From positions 1 through 35,557 of the forward strand of contig DATIQH010000469.1 of NCBI GenBank assembly GCA_035471155.1: DNA of 35,557 nucleotides. The letters are read 5' to 3'. A model generated the notes under the pieces. It was given only the letters and a program-made list of their open reading frames with translations. It did not search any database and was not told the DNA's origin. This document shows, in pieces, positions 34,379 through 35,557 of this stretch (position 1 is the first letter of the stretch; every line of letters begins with the position of its first letter). The DNA is from Nitrospiraceae bacterium (GTDB taxonomy: Bacteria; Nitrospirota; Nitrospiria; Nitrospirales; Nitrospiraceae). The position numbers and the translations under genes are program-made.

Positions 34379-35182
34379 ATGATCAACGTCGTTGTCGCAG
34401 GGGCAGCCGGTCGCATGGGCTGTCGTCTGATCGCCCTGATCAAAGATTCAACCACTCTGACGTTGGCCGGCGCCATTGAAGGGAAGGGCCATCATGCTGT
34501 CGGTGACGATGCCGGAGAAACAGCCGGCTGTGGCCGTGTGGGCCTTCCGATCACTGACGATCTCTCTTCACTCCTCGACAGGGGCGAAGTGATCGTCGAC
34601 TTCTCCTCTCCTGAAGCGACACTCGATCATGCACGGACGGCGGCTCAGCATCGACGAGCCATGGTGATCGGCACGACGGGGTTTTCCGCTTCCCAGCTCG
34701 AAGAGCTGAAATCGCTGGCGTGTCACGTTCCCTGTGTGTTGTCCCCCAACATGAGCGTGGGGATCAATCTGATTTACAAGGTCATCAGCGAGATGGCAAA
34801 AACACTGGGGGACGACTACGACATTGAAGTGATTGAAGCCCATCATCGTCTAAAGAAAGATGCCCCGAGCGGGACAGCTCTCAAGATTGCGGAAGTCTTG
34901 GCGAGGGCTGTGAGTCGAGATCTGGATCAGGTTGGTGTCTATGCCAGAAAAGGCCTTATCGGGGAACGGAAGAAGGGGGAGATCGGAGTCCAAACAATCC
35001 GTGCCGGCGACATTGTCGGCGACCACACGATTCTTTTTGGCGGAGCGGGTGAACGCATCGAAGTGACACATCGGGCGAGTAGCCGAGATACCTTCGCGGG
35101 AGGCGCCTTGCGTGCCGCTCGGTGGGTGGTTCGGCAGCCACCAGGCCTGTACGACATGATGGATGTGTTGAGTCTCCGATAG
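34379..35182 (+). CDS. dapB: 4-hydroxy-tetrahydrodipicolinate reductase
   Basis: VVVAGAAGRMG and the signature EAHHRLKKDAPSGTA are present. Confidence 0.95.
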   Translation: MINVVVAGAAGRMGCRLIALIKDSTTLTLAGAIEGKGHHAVGDDAGETAGCGRVGLPITDDLSSLLDRGEVIVDFSSPEATLDHARTAAQHRRAMVIGTTGFSASQLEELKSLACHVPCVLSPNMSVGINLIYKVISEMAKTLGDDYDIEVIEAHHRLKKDAPSGTALKIAEVLARAVSRDLDQVGVYARKGLIGERKKGEIGVQTIRAGDIVGDHTILFGGAGERIEVTHRASSRDTFAGGALRAARWVVRQPPGLYDMMDVLSLR

Positions 35183-35557
35183 TCTCTCCTCACTGTGCCG
35201 GTCTCCACATCATGAGCCTGATCCCAACAATCTCCACGACCGGGCAGATTCTAGCGAAGCGACGCCCGGTTCACGTCGCCAGCAGTGCAGCGATGTGGGT
35301 TTGAAATGAAACGTTATGTTTGTGAGAGTGAGAGCCGTGGTTCTTCGCGTAAAGGTCACAGCAGAAAGATGAGCGCAGACCTTCTGAGCGGAATCCGCCC
35401 ACTCGGCATGAAACGGATACCACCCAAGGTGGCTTCAGCTGCCTTTCGCTCGTCGTATGTGAGCGGTTTCGGTCCTGTCATGACGCGGGCTTAATGTCTC
35501 GCGGTAATAGGCCGAGTCCACAGCTCCCACCCCAGGCCCGGCAGATATGCGCTCGTG

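Noticed and set aside
35285-35494. A 69-aa + ORF after dapB.
   Set aside because: It is R/S-rich with no SD, and the opposite strand reads as more protein-like.
1-35557. A search for CRISPR arrays, rRNA, tmRNA/RNase P, transposases, and toxin-antitoxin or defence genes.
   Set aside because: I saw no regularly spaced direct repeats and no recognisable signatures. The only repeat family is the element bounded by inverted repeats that is reported above.

Overview
This is a roughly 55-60% GC bacterial chromosomal segment made mostly of housekeeping genes. Gene content and style suggest a Nitrospira-like (Nitrospirota) organism, but that is inference only. Reading left to right on the + strand unless marked (-): a partial edge gene (-), sppA, an IHF/HU gene, a protein with four PCP_red repeats, an orphan gene (-), a seven-blade FG-GAP lipoprotein, two micro-ORFs and a DD-carboxypeptidase. 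Next comes a low-GC islet with two orphan genes (-), then gdhA, lipB, a small secreted protein and rpoD, all on the - strand. These are followed by trmI, an SDR gene, aroE, aroK, tRNA-Arg(UCG), two micro-ORFs, pal, a PilZ gene and msrA; then ttcA (-), an LMW-PTP gene, and a metallopeptidase/ATP-grasp pair. After that come an outer-membrane barrel gene (-), an orphan gene, gpmA (-) and a zinc-ribbon/DUF2628 gene (-). The window ends with a tightly coupled argD-argF-argG-argH-(LptM-like lipoprotein) block, then a B12-binding radical SAM gene overlapping lysA, followed by dapA and dapB. I found no CRISPR array, rRNA, transposase, integrase, or recognisable defence or toxin genes. Four things seem most worth following up. 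(1) The 642-aa B12-binding radical SAM protein carries a STAS-like C-terminal extension, sits inside the arg/lys/dap cluster, and overlaps lysA by 8 nt. (2) An HExxH metallopeptidase and a Ddl-like ATP-grasp ligase are translationally coupled, and I know of no assigned function for the pair. (3) A MITE/REP-like repeat family bounded by terminal inverted repeats has three copies here, each starting 0-7 nt after a stop codon. (4) A protein with four PCP_red (ChlB/BchB C-terminal) repeats lies next to IHF. All family assignments rest on motifs read by eye, and start codons are often uncertain.
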